Positions 22,741-32,484 of a DNA stretch of 64,000 nucleotides are shown here, one piece after another (the first letter of the stretch is position 1; each line of letters begins with the position of its first letter). The translations under genes were made by a program, and so were the position numbers. The notes under the pieces were generated by a model, which searched no databases, was not told the DNA's origin, and worked only from the letters and a program-made list of their open reading frames with translations. Source of the DNA: an uncultured Spirochaetota bacterium (GTDB lineage: Bacteria; Spirochaetota; Brevinematia; Brevinematales; JAOACQ01); NCBI GenBank assembly GCA_963783575.1, contig CAWAOD010000015.1, positions 174,236 through 238,235 of the forward strand. The letters are read 5' to 3'.

Positions 22741-22794
22741 GTCTAACTCAGTATATGCGCTCCGTTCTTCGCCTACGCTTGGGAAACGTTAGGA
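22741..22794 (+). other. integron-type recombination site (degenerate attC, or attI/attC hybrid)
   Basis: GTCTAAC ... GTTAGGA boundaries, 54 bp, weak internal symmetry; lies 35 bp before the cassette ATG. Confidence 0.55.
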
Positions 22795-22829
22795 TGACGC
22801 GTTCAGCGCAAGGGAGAAGATAAATACTT

Positions 22830-23720
22830 ATGGAAGAACTCAAAATAGTCAAAATAAATGATAGTATTCATCACATATATGAGTCATTAGGTGTTTATTG
22901 TACATTGATAGTTGGATCAAAAGCTGCTCTATTAATCGATACAGGTTTCGGGTTTGGTGATATTTTAGGTAAGGTAAAGACAATCACTAATCTACCAATA
23001 AAGGTAATAAATACTCATGGACATGTAGATCACATTCAAGGAAACAAGTTTTTCGATGACATAATGTTACATAAAGATGATAGCAAACTAATAAAGTTTC
23101 ATTCATCATTTCTACTGAAGTTATTTATCTATTTTGCGGAAAGAAAGAATCTGAATTTTGAAGAGAAAAAGAATACATCAAAGTTTTTCCAGAAAAACAT
23201 CCAGAAATTAGAGTATGTAAGTGACGGTTACTTAATTGATCTTGGAGATAGAGTTCTGGAAATAATACATATGCCGGGACATACCCAAGGTTCTATTTGT
23301 ATATTAGATAAAAAGGATCGAATATTGTTTTCTGGAGATTCAATCTCAAATGATATTTGGCTGTTCCAAAAAGAATCAACTACAGTAAATAAATTTATGG
23401 AAAGTATGTCAAAAGTTATAAAACGGAAATCAGAGTTTGATGTAATTATATTTTCACATTCATCTGTACTATTTAAAACAACAATATTGGAGAAGATACT
23501 CAATTGTGTGAGGAATATAGATATTCAGAAAAGTTATAGTTATAATTTTCATTTAGCGGGGAAGGCGCTAGTATACAGTGAAGGGTTTGAAAAAATGCAA
23601 TTAAAATATGGTTACAAAACATTTGAAGAATTTCAAAAACATGCAAATGAATTCGATCAAAAAGATATAGCAGATGGTGAATTTGTATCAATAGCATATT
23701 CAAAGATAAAATTAAGCTAG
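22830..23720 (+). CDS. MBL-fold metallo-hydrolase carried as an integron gene cassette
   Basis: LIDTG, THGHVDHIQGN (HxHxDH), PGHTQGS and FSGDS motifs; AT-rich; flanked by complementary core sites. Confidence 0.88.
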   Translation: MEELKIVKINDSIHHIYESLGVYCTLIVGSKAALLIDTGFGFGDILGKVKTITNLPIKVINTHGHVDHIQGNKFFDDIMLHKDDSKLIKFHSSFLLKLFIYFAERKNLNFEEKKNTSKFFQKNIQKLEYVSDGYLIDLGDRVLEIIHMPGHTQGSICILDKKDRILFSGDSISNDIWLFQKESTTVNKFMESMSKVIKRKSEFDVIIFSHSSVLFKTTILEKILNCVRNIDIQKSYSYNFHLAGKALVYSEGFEKMQLKYGYKTFEEFQKHANEFDQKDIADGEFVSIAYSKIKLS

Positions 23721-24852
23721 TGCTTAATTGCGTAAGTTAACGATAGTATTTCTTAATTGAGAACCTTTCACTTCCCGTTTTCTCCACACAAAAGGTTTTG
23801 CGGTTTCAGTGTATGCTTTAACAAATGCATCTATTGCTTCTCTCAATTCTTCCGTGTTTTTAAAACTGGCGCCTCTAAGAGCTTTTCGGCTCATAATACC
23901 AAACCATATTTCCACCTGATTTAACCAACTTGCCGAAGTAGGCGTGTAATGAAAAAAAACATTCTTATTCCGGGATAACCATTCATCGTTCTTTTTGTGA
24001 ATACAATAATTGTCTAAAATTACATGAATTTCTTTATCTTTTGAAACATCTACCACCACTCTATCCATAAACTCAAGAAATTCAATACGTCTTTTGTATT
24101 CAGTAGTTTGGGTGTGTATTAACCCTGTAGCTACTTCCAGCGCAGCAAATAGGTTCAGCGTTCCATTTCTTTTATATGTACTTTTGTATCCTCTTACAAT
24201 TTTTCCATTATCCGTCTCTACATAGCCGGTTGTCCTTTCCAACGCTTGAATACCAGGTTTTTCGTCTACAGATATAACCAATGCATTCATCGGCGGATTT
24301 AAATACAACCCAATAATATTTGTGGCTTTTGTCGAAAATTCAGGATCAGTGCTGACACACCAACTTCGCTGTCGGGATAAGCAAATTCCTTCTTTTCTTA
24401 AAACCCTCCATACCGCATGCGTTGATGTGTTTAAATGTTTTGCTAAAGCCGGACCATCCCAAATTGCCTGCCCGATAGGCGGTGTTTTTTCCAGAGTTTC
24501 TAAAACTTTGTCCCTGAAATTCTGCCCATATATTTTTGGCTTTCCTGACCTGGGCAGATCATACAATCCATCAATTCCTTTTTGCTGAAATCTTTTTTTC
24601 CAATCAATAACCGTATTTGGTCTTATGTGAAGGTCAGCCGCAATCTCAGATACATTTTGTCCTTTCAGGCTATTGACAATTATTTTCGCCCTCTCTACAA
24701 GTCGCGCTTCCATAGTTCGGCTTCTCACCCAACTATCAAGAATAATTTCATCCGCTTTGGTGCATGTTATAACTTGCGTTTTCTTAGACATACAACCTCC
24801 TTTTTTATGTCTAAGATTATAATTAATAACGCTTATTATTGCAATTAAGCAC
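23720..24852 (-). mobile_element. IS630-family element, copy 1 (1133 bp)
   Basis: Terminal IRs GTGCTTAATTGC / GCAATTAAGCAC; TA duplicated within a CTAG target that overlaps the MBL stop codon. Confidence 0.92.
23724..24791 (-). CDS. IS630-family transposase
   Basis: N-terminal HTH; VDEK, ILDN and SWLNQVEIWF (DDE) motifs. Confidence 0.95.
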   Translation of the reverse strand: MSKKTQVITCTKADEIILDSWVRSRTMEARLVERAKIIVNSLKGQNVSEIAADLHIRPNTVIDWKKRFQQKGIDGLYDLPRSGKPKIYGQNFRDKVLETLEKTPPIGQAIWDGPALAKHLNTSTHAVWRVLRKEGICLSRQRSWCVSTDPEFSTKATNIIGLYLNPPMNALVISVDEKPGIQALERTTGYVETDNGKIVRGYKSTYKRNGTLNLFAALEVATGLIHTQTTEYKRRIEFLEFMDRVVVDVSKDKEIHVILDNYCIHKKNDEWLSRNKNVFFHYTPTSASWLNQVEIWFGIMSRKALRGASFKNTEELREAIDAFVKAYTETAKPFVWRKREVKGSQLRNTIVNLRN

Positions 24853-24865
24853 TAGTTGTTAATTA

Positions 24866-24924
24866 TCCTAACAACTGCTTTAGCCTGACTCGCCTTCGGC
24901 TCGCAGGTTAAGCAAATGTTAGCT
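24866..24924 (+). other. attC site (59 bp)
   Basis: TCCTAAC-AAC-TGCTTTAGCCTG-ACTCGCCTTCGGCTCG-CAGGTTAAGCA-AAT-GTTAGCT: R''/L''/L'/R' symmetry with one extra base in L''. TCCTAAC is the exact complement of the GTTAGGA that opens the cassette. Confidence 0.88.
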
Positions 24925-25262
24925 TGGCGAAAAATACAGAAGAGGATTTTTTAAAGTATTCGACGTATGGCACGGCACACAACGTCAATGTAGAATAAGT
25001 CTAATTTAAATTGCAGTTTTCTTCTCCATCCGGTTCCAAAAATTTTTGTTTGCCTGATAGCGCTGATTTTCCTTAAAACAGGCCTCAAATCTAGCAATCT
25101 ACTTTTTTGAAAAAGTGCTCCCAACCTTAAGATTAAAGAAATTAGATTGCTTAAATTGCCCTCCGCAGCATTAGCACCATTTCTGTGCGACATAGTGTTG
25201 CTCGCAGAACTGCCGTTCTGCACTGGATTATTGTTTTTAAGAAGATTTCATGAAGCATCCGA

Positions 25263-25411
25263 GGGCTCACTGAAAATCAGCATAAATCTTAAAATGTTTA
25301 ATAAACAGTATTTTATTGGTGTCATATCCTATTTTATAGCAATGAGTTATAAATGCAATTAGAAAAGGTTGGTTATAGTTTTCAAATTTCAACTCATTTT
25401 TCAGTGAACCC
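25263..25411. mobile_element. candidate MITE (149 bp)
   Basis: 14-bp terminal inverted repeats GGGCTCACTGAAAA / TTTTCAGTGAACCC (1 mismatch) around an AT-rich core. Confidence 0.5.
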
Positions 25412-25580
25412 GTCCTTGCTCCCTTGGTTACTTGGCTTCACTCCTAATTAAACAATATTTTTATGATAAATAATTAGCTGAAATTAGTGGTTCTTTCCGA
25501 TTATTAGCTGGCTGTTCAGGGTATTGGGTATAATTCACAAGTTTGTGGAAGAAAGGATATAGCTCTTTAAATAATGACAT

Positions 25581-25635
25581 TTGACAATCAATAAATTAAA
25601 ATGCTATAATAAAAATATGTCTATCCGTTGATCGG
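25581..25635 (+). promoter_or_regulatory. strong sigma70 promoter, copy 2
   Basis: Same TTGACA-18-TATAAT block as 22577-22631. Confidence 0.75.
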
Positions 25636-25737
25636 GATACTAAAAGTTTAAAGTTTGATATTTGCTAAGTTTTGTACTAACTTAGTATATTGCAAGTTAA
25701 ATGCAATTTGCTGCCAATCAGATTTAAGGAGTAAACT

Positions 25738-27288
25738 ATGGCAAAAGTAAATTTGGATGCATTAATTCCAAGAGAAGATTTTGAAACAGAAGAAACAATG
25801 AAACCGGGTAAAAAAAAGGAAACTATTTCTATAGAAGATTTGAAAAACGAATCTTTCTTTTTACCATTCTTAAGAAAACCAGACTTTCAAAGAGAAACTA
25901 ATGAATGGGATGCAGACAGAATATCTCAATTTATAGAAAGTTTTATACACGGCGATTTAATACCTGCTCTTATTTTATGGAGAAGCTCAACAGGTTTTAT
26001 TTTTGTAATTGATGGCGCTCATAGATTGAGTTCTTTAGTTGCCTGGATAAATGATGACTATGGAGATGGAAAGTCTTCGAAATTATTTTATGATGGTATA
26101 ATTCCTGAAGATCAAATCAATATTGCTGAAGAAATGAGAAGAACTATTAGAAAGGGAATTGGAACTTATGAAGACTATAAATTAGCTCTTACTAATCCAG
26201 ATAAAGTTAAGCCTTTTATAGTCCAATTATCAAAAAACCTTGGTGCATTAGCTATTCAACTTCAATGGGTTGAAGGAGATGTTAAAACTGCTGAAACATC
26301 TTTCTTAAAAATTAATCAACAAGCTGCACCTATTGATCCAACTGAATTGAAACTTCTTGAATCAAGAAGAAAACCTAATTGTATTGCTGCCAGAGCTATC
26401 ATTAGAAGTGGTAAAGGTCATAAATATTGGTCAAAATTTGATTCTGACAATCAAAATAAAATTCAAGATATTGCTAAGGAAATTAATGAGATTCTTTTCT
26501 CACCAAAACTTCAAACACCTATTAAAACATTAGATATTCCAATTGGTGGCAAGTTATATTCTGCTCAAACTTTACCTTTGATTTTAGATTTTGTTAATAT
26601 TGCAAATAACATCAAGAGTGACTTCAAAGACTCTTTAATAGATGATGAAAATGGTAATGCAACAATTGAAATTTTAAATAAAACTCGTAAACTTGCACAA
26701 AGAATTAATAGTATTCATCCATCTTCTTTGGGATTACATCCAATTGTGTATTTTTATTCTCAAGAGGGTAGGCATAAAACCGCTTCGTTTTTTGCAACAG
26801 TTTCATTTGTTATGGATCTTGAAAAAAGAAATAAATTTAATGATTTTATAAAAGTAAGAGAAAATTTCGAGGATATTATATTAGATTATGATTATTTAAT
26901 ACAACAAATATTTCGGAAGTATAGGGGTGCAATTGCAAGTTACCCATATATAAAAGCATTCTTTTTAAAAGTAATTGATCTTTTAAATCAAGGTATTTCC
27001 AAAGATAAAGTAATCGATAATTTAATATCATTTCAAGAATTCAATTATTTAACTTTATACAAAGAAAAACAAGATATATCTACAAAAGACTTTAATACAG
27101 AAAGAAAAAGTGCAGTTTATATTAGAGACGCACTAAAATCTGCACCTAGGTGTAAAATTTGTAATGGCTATCTTCATAGAAATTCAATTAGCATAGATCA
27201 TATACAAAGAAAAGAAGATGGTGGGCTAGGAACTATTGATAATGGCCAAATTAGCCACCCATACTGTAACTCAACCTACAAAAATTAA
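25738..27288 (+). CDS. DUF262 (GmrSD N-terminal/ParB-like) plus C-terminal HNH nuclease; putative anti-phage restriction protein
   Basis: PDFQRE, VIDGAHRL and FLKIN motifs; C-terminal CKIC...IDHI..KEDGG...N...H.YCN. Confidence 0.8.
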   Translation: MAKVNLDALIPREDFETEETMKPGKKKETISIEDLKNESFFLPFLRKPDFQRETNEWDADRISQFIESFIHGDLIPALILWRSSTGFIFVIDGAHRLSSLVAWINDDYGDGKSSKLFYDGIIPEDQINIAEEMRRTIRKGIGTYEDYKLALTNPDKVKPFIVQLSKNLGALAIQLQWVEGDVKTAETSFLKINQQAAPIDPTELKLLESRRKPNCIAARAIIRSGKGHKYWSKFDSDNQNKIQDIAKEINEILFSPKLQTPIKTLDIPIGGKLYSAQTLPLILDFVNIANNIKSDFKDSLIDDENGNATIEILNKTRKLAQRINSIHPSSLGLHPIVYFYSQEGRHKTASFFATVSFVMDLEKRNKFNDFIKVRENFEDIILDYDYLIQQIFRKYRGAIASYPYIKAFFLKVIDLLNQGISKDKVIDNLISFQEFNYLTLYKEKQDISTKDFNTERKSAVYIRDALKSAPRCKICNGYLHRNSISIDHIQRKEDGGLGTIDNGQISHPYCNSTYKN

Positions 27289-27623
27289 CCCGATTGGATG
27301 GAAATGGATTTATAAAATAAGCTTGCTAATGTGCCCCCCGCAGCATTAACGCTATTTCTGATTGAGCTTTTATTTGATTCAAAGGAAGCTCAATATAAAA
27401 ATCGTTGTTATTCCCATTTAATAATAAATCGATCTGTTCGTATTTCGCGGACAGGAAGTTCGCGACCCGAACGCAGCCCGGACTGCAAAGTGAGGTTCTT
27501 TAATTATTGGAAATGATAAACTAATTTACCAGGGTAGCAATAAATGAAATTCCCATACCTGTCACAAACAGATTTCCCATAGGGGGAAATAGAAGTTAAA
27601 CTTTAATGAAAATTCATTAAAGG

Positions 27624-29186
27624 ATGGCAGGAATGGTGAAAAATATTATGTATCAGGACATAAAAAAACTGAAACTTTTGGGGAAAAGTAAAAATGGTGT
27701 ATCCCGGGAACTGTCAATAGATATTAAGACAGTCCGGAAATATTGGACTATGAACGATGCTGAATACCAGAAAAGCCTGATGGAATTCTCTTTCCGTGAA
27801 AAAGAATTCGAAGGAATAAAAACAGACATATTGAAAGTATATGCAAAGAATGATTACATCCGGCTGAATATGTCTGCTTTGTATGACTATTTATTGGAGG
27901 TAAAAGGCAAACTACCGGCGAATGAAAATACGATGAGGAATTTCGTACATTACCTGATTGAAAGCGGGCAGCTTACCTTGAATGAAAAGCGACGGTATTA
28001 CACAAAAGTGCCGGACATGCCATATGGAAAGCAGCTCCAGCTTGATTTCGGTCAATATACCGACAGATATGGCAGAAGGTATTACATATTTGCCGCGGTG
28101 TTATCCGCCAGTCGTTTTAAGTATGCGGCCCTCCAGGAGAGGCCATTCCGGACAGAAGACCTGATCAATCATCTGTTGGACTGTTTCGCATATATGGGCG
28201 GGATACCGCATGAACTTGTCATCGATCAGGACTGCACGATGGTTGCGAGTGAGAACTCAGGCGATATCATCTACACGAAAGACTTTCAGTATTTCATCGG
28301 GGAAATGGGTCTTAAATTGTATGTATGCCGGCCTTCAGACCCGGAAAGTAAGGGAAAGATTGAAAACGTAGTCAAATTCATCAAGCACGGTTTCTTCTCA
28401 GTCCGGGAGTTCAACAGTTTAATGGAAGCGGAAGAAAGCCTGATGAAATGGCTGGAAAGAAAAGCCAACGGGAGAATATCCCAGGCTACAATGAAAATAC
28501 CACTGATAGAGATTGAAACGGAAAGACCATATCTCCAATCTGTCAGGAATTCGATATTCCGTAAAGACAGGATAGGAGCAAGGGAAGAGCGCAGTGTAAG
28601 CGATAAATGCCGGATCGCAGTTGATGCAAGCCAGTATGATATTCCCGAAAAATACAGGAACGGTTCGGTGGACATCTACAAGACGGGCAGTCGGCTTTTT
28701 GTCTTTGACAGGATAACGGGAGAGCAAATCGCCGAATACCGGCTTTCAGTGATTCCGGGGCAGATTGTAACCAACAGGGCAATGATCCGGGAAATGGGAA
28801 AGAGTGTGCAGTTATTGAAAGAAGAAGTAAGCGGGTACTTTGATATTCCCGGCTGGAAGGATTTTCTTGAATGTAATTTCAGGAAGTTCAATCGTTATGT
28901 AAGGGACCAATGTCTTTCCGGAAGAAAATACTTCAGGGACAAGATAATTGATACCGGGAAGCTTACACAAGCGATCTCAAACTGCCTGGAGAGTGATAGT
29001 TATTCCATGAAGGATTTGTGGGATAATTACCTGAACTGTTTTATAACAGAAAAGGCAGAAATACCCTTGAATGTTGAAAAGATTGTCAGGCCTTCAGTGA
29101 ATCCTGAACACTATCTTGAAGTAGCTAAATCAGACATCGGGAAATACCAGAGTTTCTGTGACTCCATCGGGGGCCGGCAATGTTGA
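27624..29186 (+). CDS. istA: IS21 transposase
   Basis: HTH with KTVRKY; QLDFG, VIDQD and ESKGKIENVVKFIK motifs. Confidence 0.93.
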   Translation: MAGMVKNIMYQDIKKLKLLGKSKNGVSRELSIDIKTVRKYWTMNDAEYQKSLMEFSFREKEFEGIKTDILKVYAKNDYIRLNMSALYDYLLEVKGKLPANENTMRNFVHYLIESGQLTLNEKRRYYTKVPDMPYGKQLQLDFGQYTDRYGRRYYIFAAVLSASRFKYAALQERPFRTEDLINHLLDCFAYMGGIPHELVIDQDCTMVASENSGDIIYTKDFQYFIGEMGLKLYVCRPSDPESKGKIENVVKFIKHGFFSVREFNSLMEAEESLMKWLERKANGRISQATMKIPLIEIETERPYLQSVRNSIFRKDRIGAREERSVSDKCRIAVDASQYDIPEKYRNGSVDIYKTGSRLFVFDRITGEQIAEYRLSVIPGQIVTNRAMIREMGKSVQLLKEEVSGYFDIPGWKDFLECNFRKFNRYVRDQCLSGRKYFRDKIIDTGKLTQAISNCLESDSYSMKDLWDNYLNCFITEKAEIPLNVEKIVRPSVNPEHYLEVAKSDIGKYQSFCDSIGGRQC

Positions 29187-29929
29187 AGATAAGAGAACAA
29201 ATCATAACTGCGCTTACAACTCTCGGGTTGAAGGGTATGATAAAACGGATTGATGAGGAAATTGGTGAGGCTGAAAAGGCAAAAGAGTCTTATCTGAGTT
29301 TTCTGCAGAGGCTGCTTTCTCTGGAATTGAATTATAGAGTGGAAAAACGTTTTCAGCGGAATATGGCAGGAGCACACTTCCCGGTCCGCAAAGATGTGGA
29401 AGGTTTTAATTTTGAAAAAGTGAATGGAATATCTAAAATGGATGTTTCACAGCTATTGGATTTCTGCTGGATTGATAATCATCATAACCTGTTGTTCTTT
29501 GGGTCTCCGGGGCTGGGGAAAACGCATCTGGCAATTAGTATCGGAATCCGGGCAGTTGAAAAGGGATATATTGTCTGCTTTGAAAGGATGACTACTCTCA
29601 TTAAGTTTCTGAAAACGGCGGACATCCAGAGAAGCTCTGCTTTCAGGCTGAACCGGATGATGAAGTCACACTTATTAATCATTGATGAGATAGGTTACAC
29701 GCCTATCGAAAAGAAGGAGGCAAATCTATTCTTTAGTCTTGTAAGTGAATTGTATGAAAAGACATCGATAGTGATAACATCGAATAAGGGATTTCAGGAT
29801 TGGGCTGAAATGATGGGAGACCCGATTATGACAACCGCTCTTCTGGACAGGCTTTTACATCATTCAAATATTTATAACTTGAGCGGAGAATCTTACAGAA
29901 TACAAAATTTGAATAAGGAGGTTGAGTAA
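29180..29929 (+). CDS. istB: IS21 helper AAA+ ATPase
   Basis: GSPGLGKTHLA, LLIIDEIGY and LDRLLHH motifs. Confidence 0.95.
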   Translation: MLKIREQIITALTTLGLKGMIKRIDEEIGEAEKAKESYLSFLQRLLSLELNYRVEKRFQRNMAGAHFPVRKDVEGFNFEKVNGISKMDVSQLLDFCWIDNHHNLLFFGSPGLGKTHLAISIGIRAVEKGYIVCFERMTTLIKFLKTADIQRSSAFRLNRMMKSHLLIIDEIGYTPIEKKEANLFFSLVSELYEKTSIVITSNKGFQDWAEMMGDPIMTTALLDRLLHHSNIYNLSGESYRIQNLNKEVE

Positions 29930-30145
29930 CCATTCTTGCCTCCTCCTATGGGAAAAACTCCCGTGGAAGGGGTGGGAAATTACCCGAGTACAGGTATGGG
30001 AAAAACTCTTGACATTTCCAATTATGAGAAAATCTTTAATAAACCTGGAATAACAACACCTCTGTATAAACCGATTGCTTCACATGAAATGGCGTTCATG
30101 CGAAGGGGACGCCTTTTTCTTTGATTACTTTCTTTTTCCGCGGCC

Positions 30146-31871
30146 TTGTCTGTCGAAAAACTATAAAAAGAGAAAAAGCGATTTTCTATAACATTCGGAT
30201 ATCACATTTGATTTCTAGGATATCCGAAAATTAATCTCATATACAATTTATTATAGCTTAAATTACATAATTACACTCCTGTACCATTTTATATCATTCT
30301 CATATACTCAATCCTTTGCATATTACAGCCTGAAAATATTTTCCCAAATTATGTGAAGTGGAATTCCAGAGCCAATCCATTTCTACTTTTTCTTTTCCAC
30401 GATAATAGGTTTGAGAAAAATCTTTCTGCGTTTTAAGGTTGGCAAAATTGTGTTCCTTTCCAATTCTCTTGCTGTATATCTTTTGCCCTTCATCACTTCT
30501 CAATTTATTAAGATAACTGTCGATTTCCTTTCTGTTCTCTAACTCAAACAGATTGAAATTTACAGTCTTTTGGTTTCTGCTGGGATTTATGTTCGTATAA
30601 CATTCCTTATTATTTTCACATTCCTTACATTGTGATCGATTATAGAAAAAGTGGATTTTGCCTCTTTTATCATCAATGTATCCTTTGGTATTTAATCCAC
30701 CACAGCACTTTAACCGATACTCTCTGTTATCACCTTTTATGATTTCAAAATTCTTTCTCTTTTGTACCTCTTTCCCAAAATCTCTCTCTTTTATATCAAT
30801 ATAGCAATCCAATCCTTTTTCTTCCATTTCCAGAATGTCTGTCATATTTTGAAATCCCGAATCCAGCAGGTACTTACTTTCCTGCTTTACCCCCAATTCC
30901 TCTTTAAGCTTTTCCACTTCCTCAATCATGGGTTTCGCACTGTATTTCTCATTCAATTTATCGTTTTCACAGCTTAGTATTATGTCATTGTTACTGATCA
31001 TCATTCTTATATTATATCCCTGAATATATCCGCTCTTGTCAGGCCCCAATGTAAGAGAGCTGTCGGGATCGGTTAAATTATAATGATCTTTGCCTGTAAT
31101 GGTTTTGTCTCCTTCTTTTAATCTTTCTTCTTCAAGCATCTTTTGATAAACTTCCACCTGTTCCATCACTCTGTTGTAAAGCTTTTCCTGACGTTCTATA
31201 CGCTTTTTTTCAGCCATATACTTTTCTTCTTCCAATTCACCACGATTTAGTTTCTCATCTGTCTCCAAACTCCTTTTAACTACTTTGGTTGCCATTTTGC
31301 GGTAAGTTCTCATCACTTTGTCGGCTCTTTCCCTGGTCATCGTCTTTGACTTTGATGCATTGGCTTTGATTTTCGTTCCGTCCCCCACAACTACATCCCA
31401 ATCAATCTCTCCTATGTTATTTAATAAAAAAAGAATTGTCGCAAACAGATTTGTAATTTCGTCATCAAACTGGATTTTAAAATCGCAAAGCTTTGAATGA
31501 TCTATGCTAAGACGGTTTGATACATACATAAATCCTATGTGGGTTCTGAGAAGATTTTCTACCTTGCGGCTGGAATGGATTCCTTGCAAATAACCATAGA
31601 GAATCGCAGATATAACATCTTGAGGATGTTTCCCTTTCCGCCCTGTTTCATCATTGGAATAATATTTATCAAACCTTTGTATATCAATGTATTTCGCCAC
31701 AAACTTTTTTAGAAGGACTTCACGGCTGTATTCATCGAATTGTTCCTGCAAATTGATGGCTAACAATTCTCCCTGGTCTAGATTTCCTCTCTTATATCTC
31801 GCCATTGTCTTTCCCCTCTTTAATTTTGCAACTAACTATTATATCATATTTTCGGATTTTTCGACAGACAA
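30146..31871 (-). mobile_element. IS1182-family element
   Basis: 15-bp IR TTGTCTGTCGAAAAA at both ends, flanked by GGCC on each side (likely target duplication; exact ends could differ by a few bp). Confidence 0.8.
30300..31805 (-). CDS. IS1182-family transposase
   Basis: LYGYLQGIHSSRKVE (DUF772-like), DGTKIKANAS, TDPDS, QGYN, LDSGF and EHNFANLK motifs. Confidence 0.9.
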   Translation of the reverse strand: MARYKRGNLDQGELLAINLQEQFDEYSREVLLKKFVAKYIDIQRFDKYYSNDETGRKGKHPQDVISAILYGYLQGIHSSRKVENLLRTHIGFMYVSNRLSIDHSKLCDFKIQFDDEITNLFATILFLLNNIGEIDWDVVVGDGTKIKANASKSKTMTRERADKVMRTYRKMATKVVKRSLETDEKLNRGELEEEKYMAEKKRIERQEKLYNRVMEQVEVYQKMLEEERLKEGDKTITGKDHYNLTDPDSSLTLGPDKSGYIQGYNIRMMISNNDIILSCENDKLNEKYSAKPMIEEVEKLKEELGVKQESKYLLDSGFQNMTDILEMEEKGLDCYIDIKERDFGKEVQKRKNFEIIKGDNREYRLKCCGGLNTKGYIDDKRGKIHFFYNRSQCKECENNKECYTNINPSRNQKTVNFNLFELENRKEIDSYLNKLRSDEGQKIYSKRIGKEHNFANLKTQKDFSQTYYRGKEKVEMDWLWNSTSHNLGKYFQAVICKGLSI

Positions 31872-31935
31872 GGCCTGGAAAAAGAAAGTAATAAAGCCGC
31901 ATTGCCGTGCTTTACGGCAAAAATTTATAGTTTTT

Positions 31936-32454
31936 TTATATAAACAAAGCGATTTCCCCAACCGGTTTCCGTTCTTTCATCCCTGAAGGTTTGTAATCCG
32001 GTTTGGGATAACCAAGCGGGGTGATGGCAAATACCATTTCATTATCTTTCAATCCCATGGCTGAGGCCAGCAACGGATATTGAAAAGCTTCAATCCAGCA
32101 TGTGCTAACTCCTTCCGCCGTAGCAGCGAGAATAATATGATCCATGGCAATTGCAAGATCTGTTTCCAGAGAATTGTAGCCGTCGTATTTCCTGACCCAG
32201 GCCTTATCATGGAATCCCTTAACAATCAGAATATGCGGAGCATCTTGAAGCCATGTCCGCTGGTAGCATTGTTTGATTTTTTCAAGTATTTTCGGGTTTG
32301 AAACAACTATAAACTGCCAGGGCTGCAGATTAACGGCAGAAGGTGCAAACCTCCCCGCCTCTATTATCCGTAAAATGATTTCGTACGGAACCTTCTTCTC
32401 AGGATCATAATTTCGAACGCTAACTCTTCGTTTTACCAGTTCAAGAAAATCCAT
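31936..32454 (-). CDS. nitroreductase family protein
   Basis: RRVSVRNY, APSAVNLQPW and GVSTCWI motifs. Confidence 0.9.
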   Translation of the reverse strand: MDFLELVKRRVSVRNYDPEKKVPYEIILRIIEAGRFAPSAVNLQPWQFIVVSNPKILEKIKQCYQRTWLQDAPHILIVKGFHDKAWVRKYDGYNSLETDLAIAMDHIILAATAEGVSTCWIEAFQYPLLASAMGLKDNEMVFAITPLGYPKPDYKPSGMKERKPVGEIALFI

Positions 32455-32484
32455 AATGTTACCTCCGGTGTTTGGCGCGGAACA

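Larger units (their letters stand above)
27508..30020 (+). mobile_element. IS21-family element (2513 bp)
   Basis: Ends TGGAAATG...CATTTCCA; internal repeated TTCCCA(TA) boxes at both ends; 5-bp target duplication ATTAT (27503-27507 and 30021-30025). Confidence 0.9.

Noticed and set aside
22830..23720. Metallo-beta-lactamase resistance gene
   Set aside because: Only generic MBL-fold motifs are visible and there is no signal peptide; resistance cannot be inferred.
21950..27500. Complete integron with intI
   Set aside because: No tyrosine-recombinase ORF on either strand in the window.
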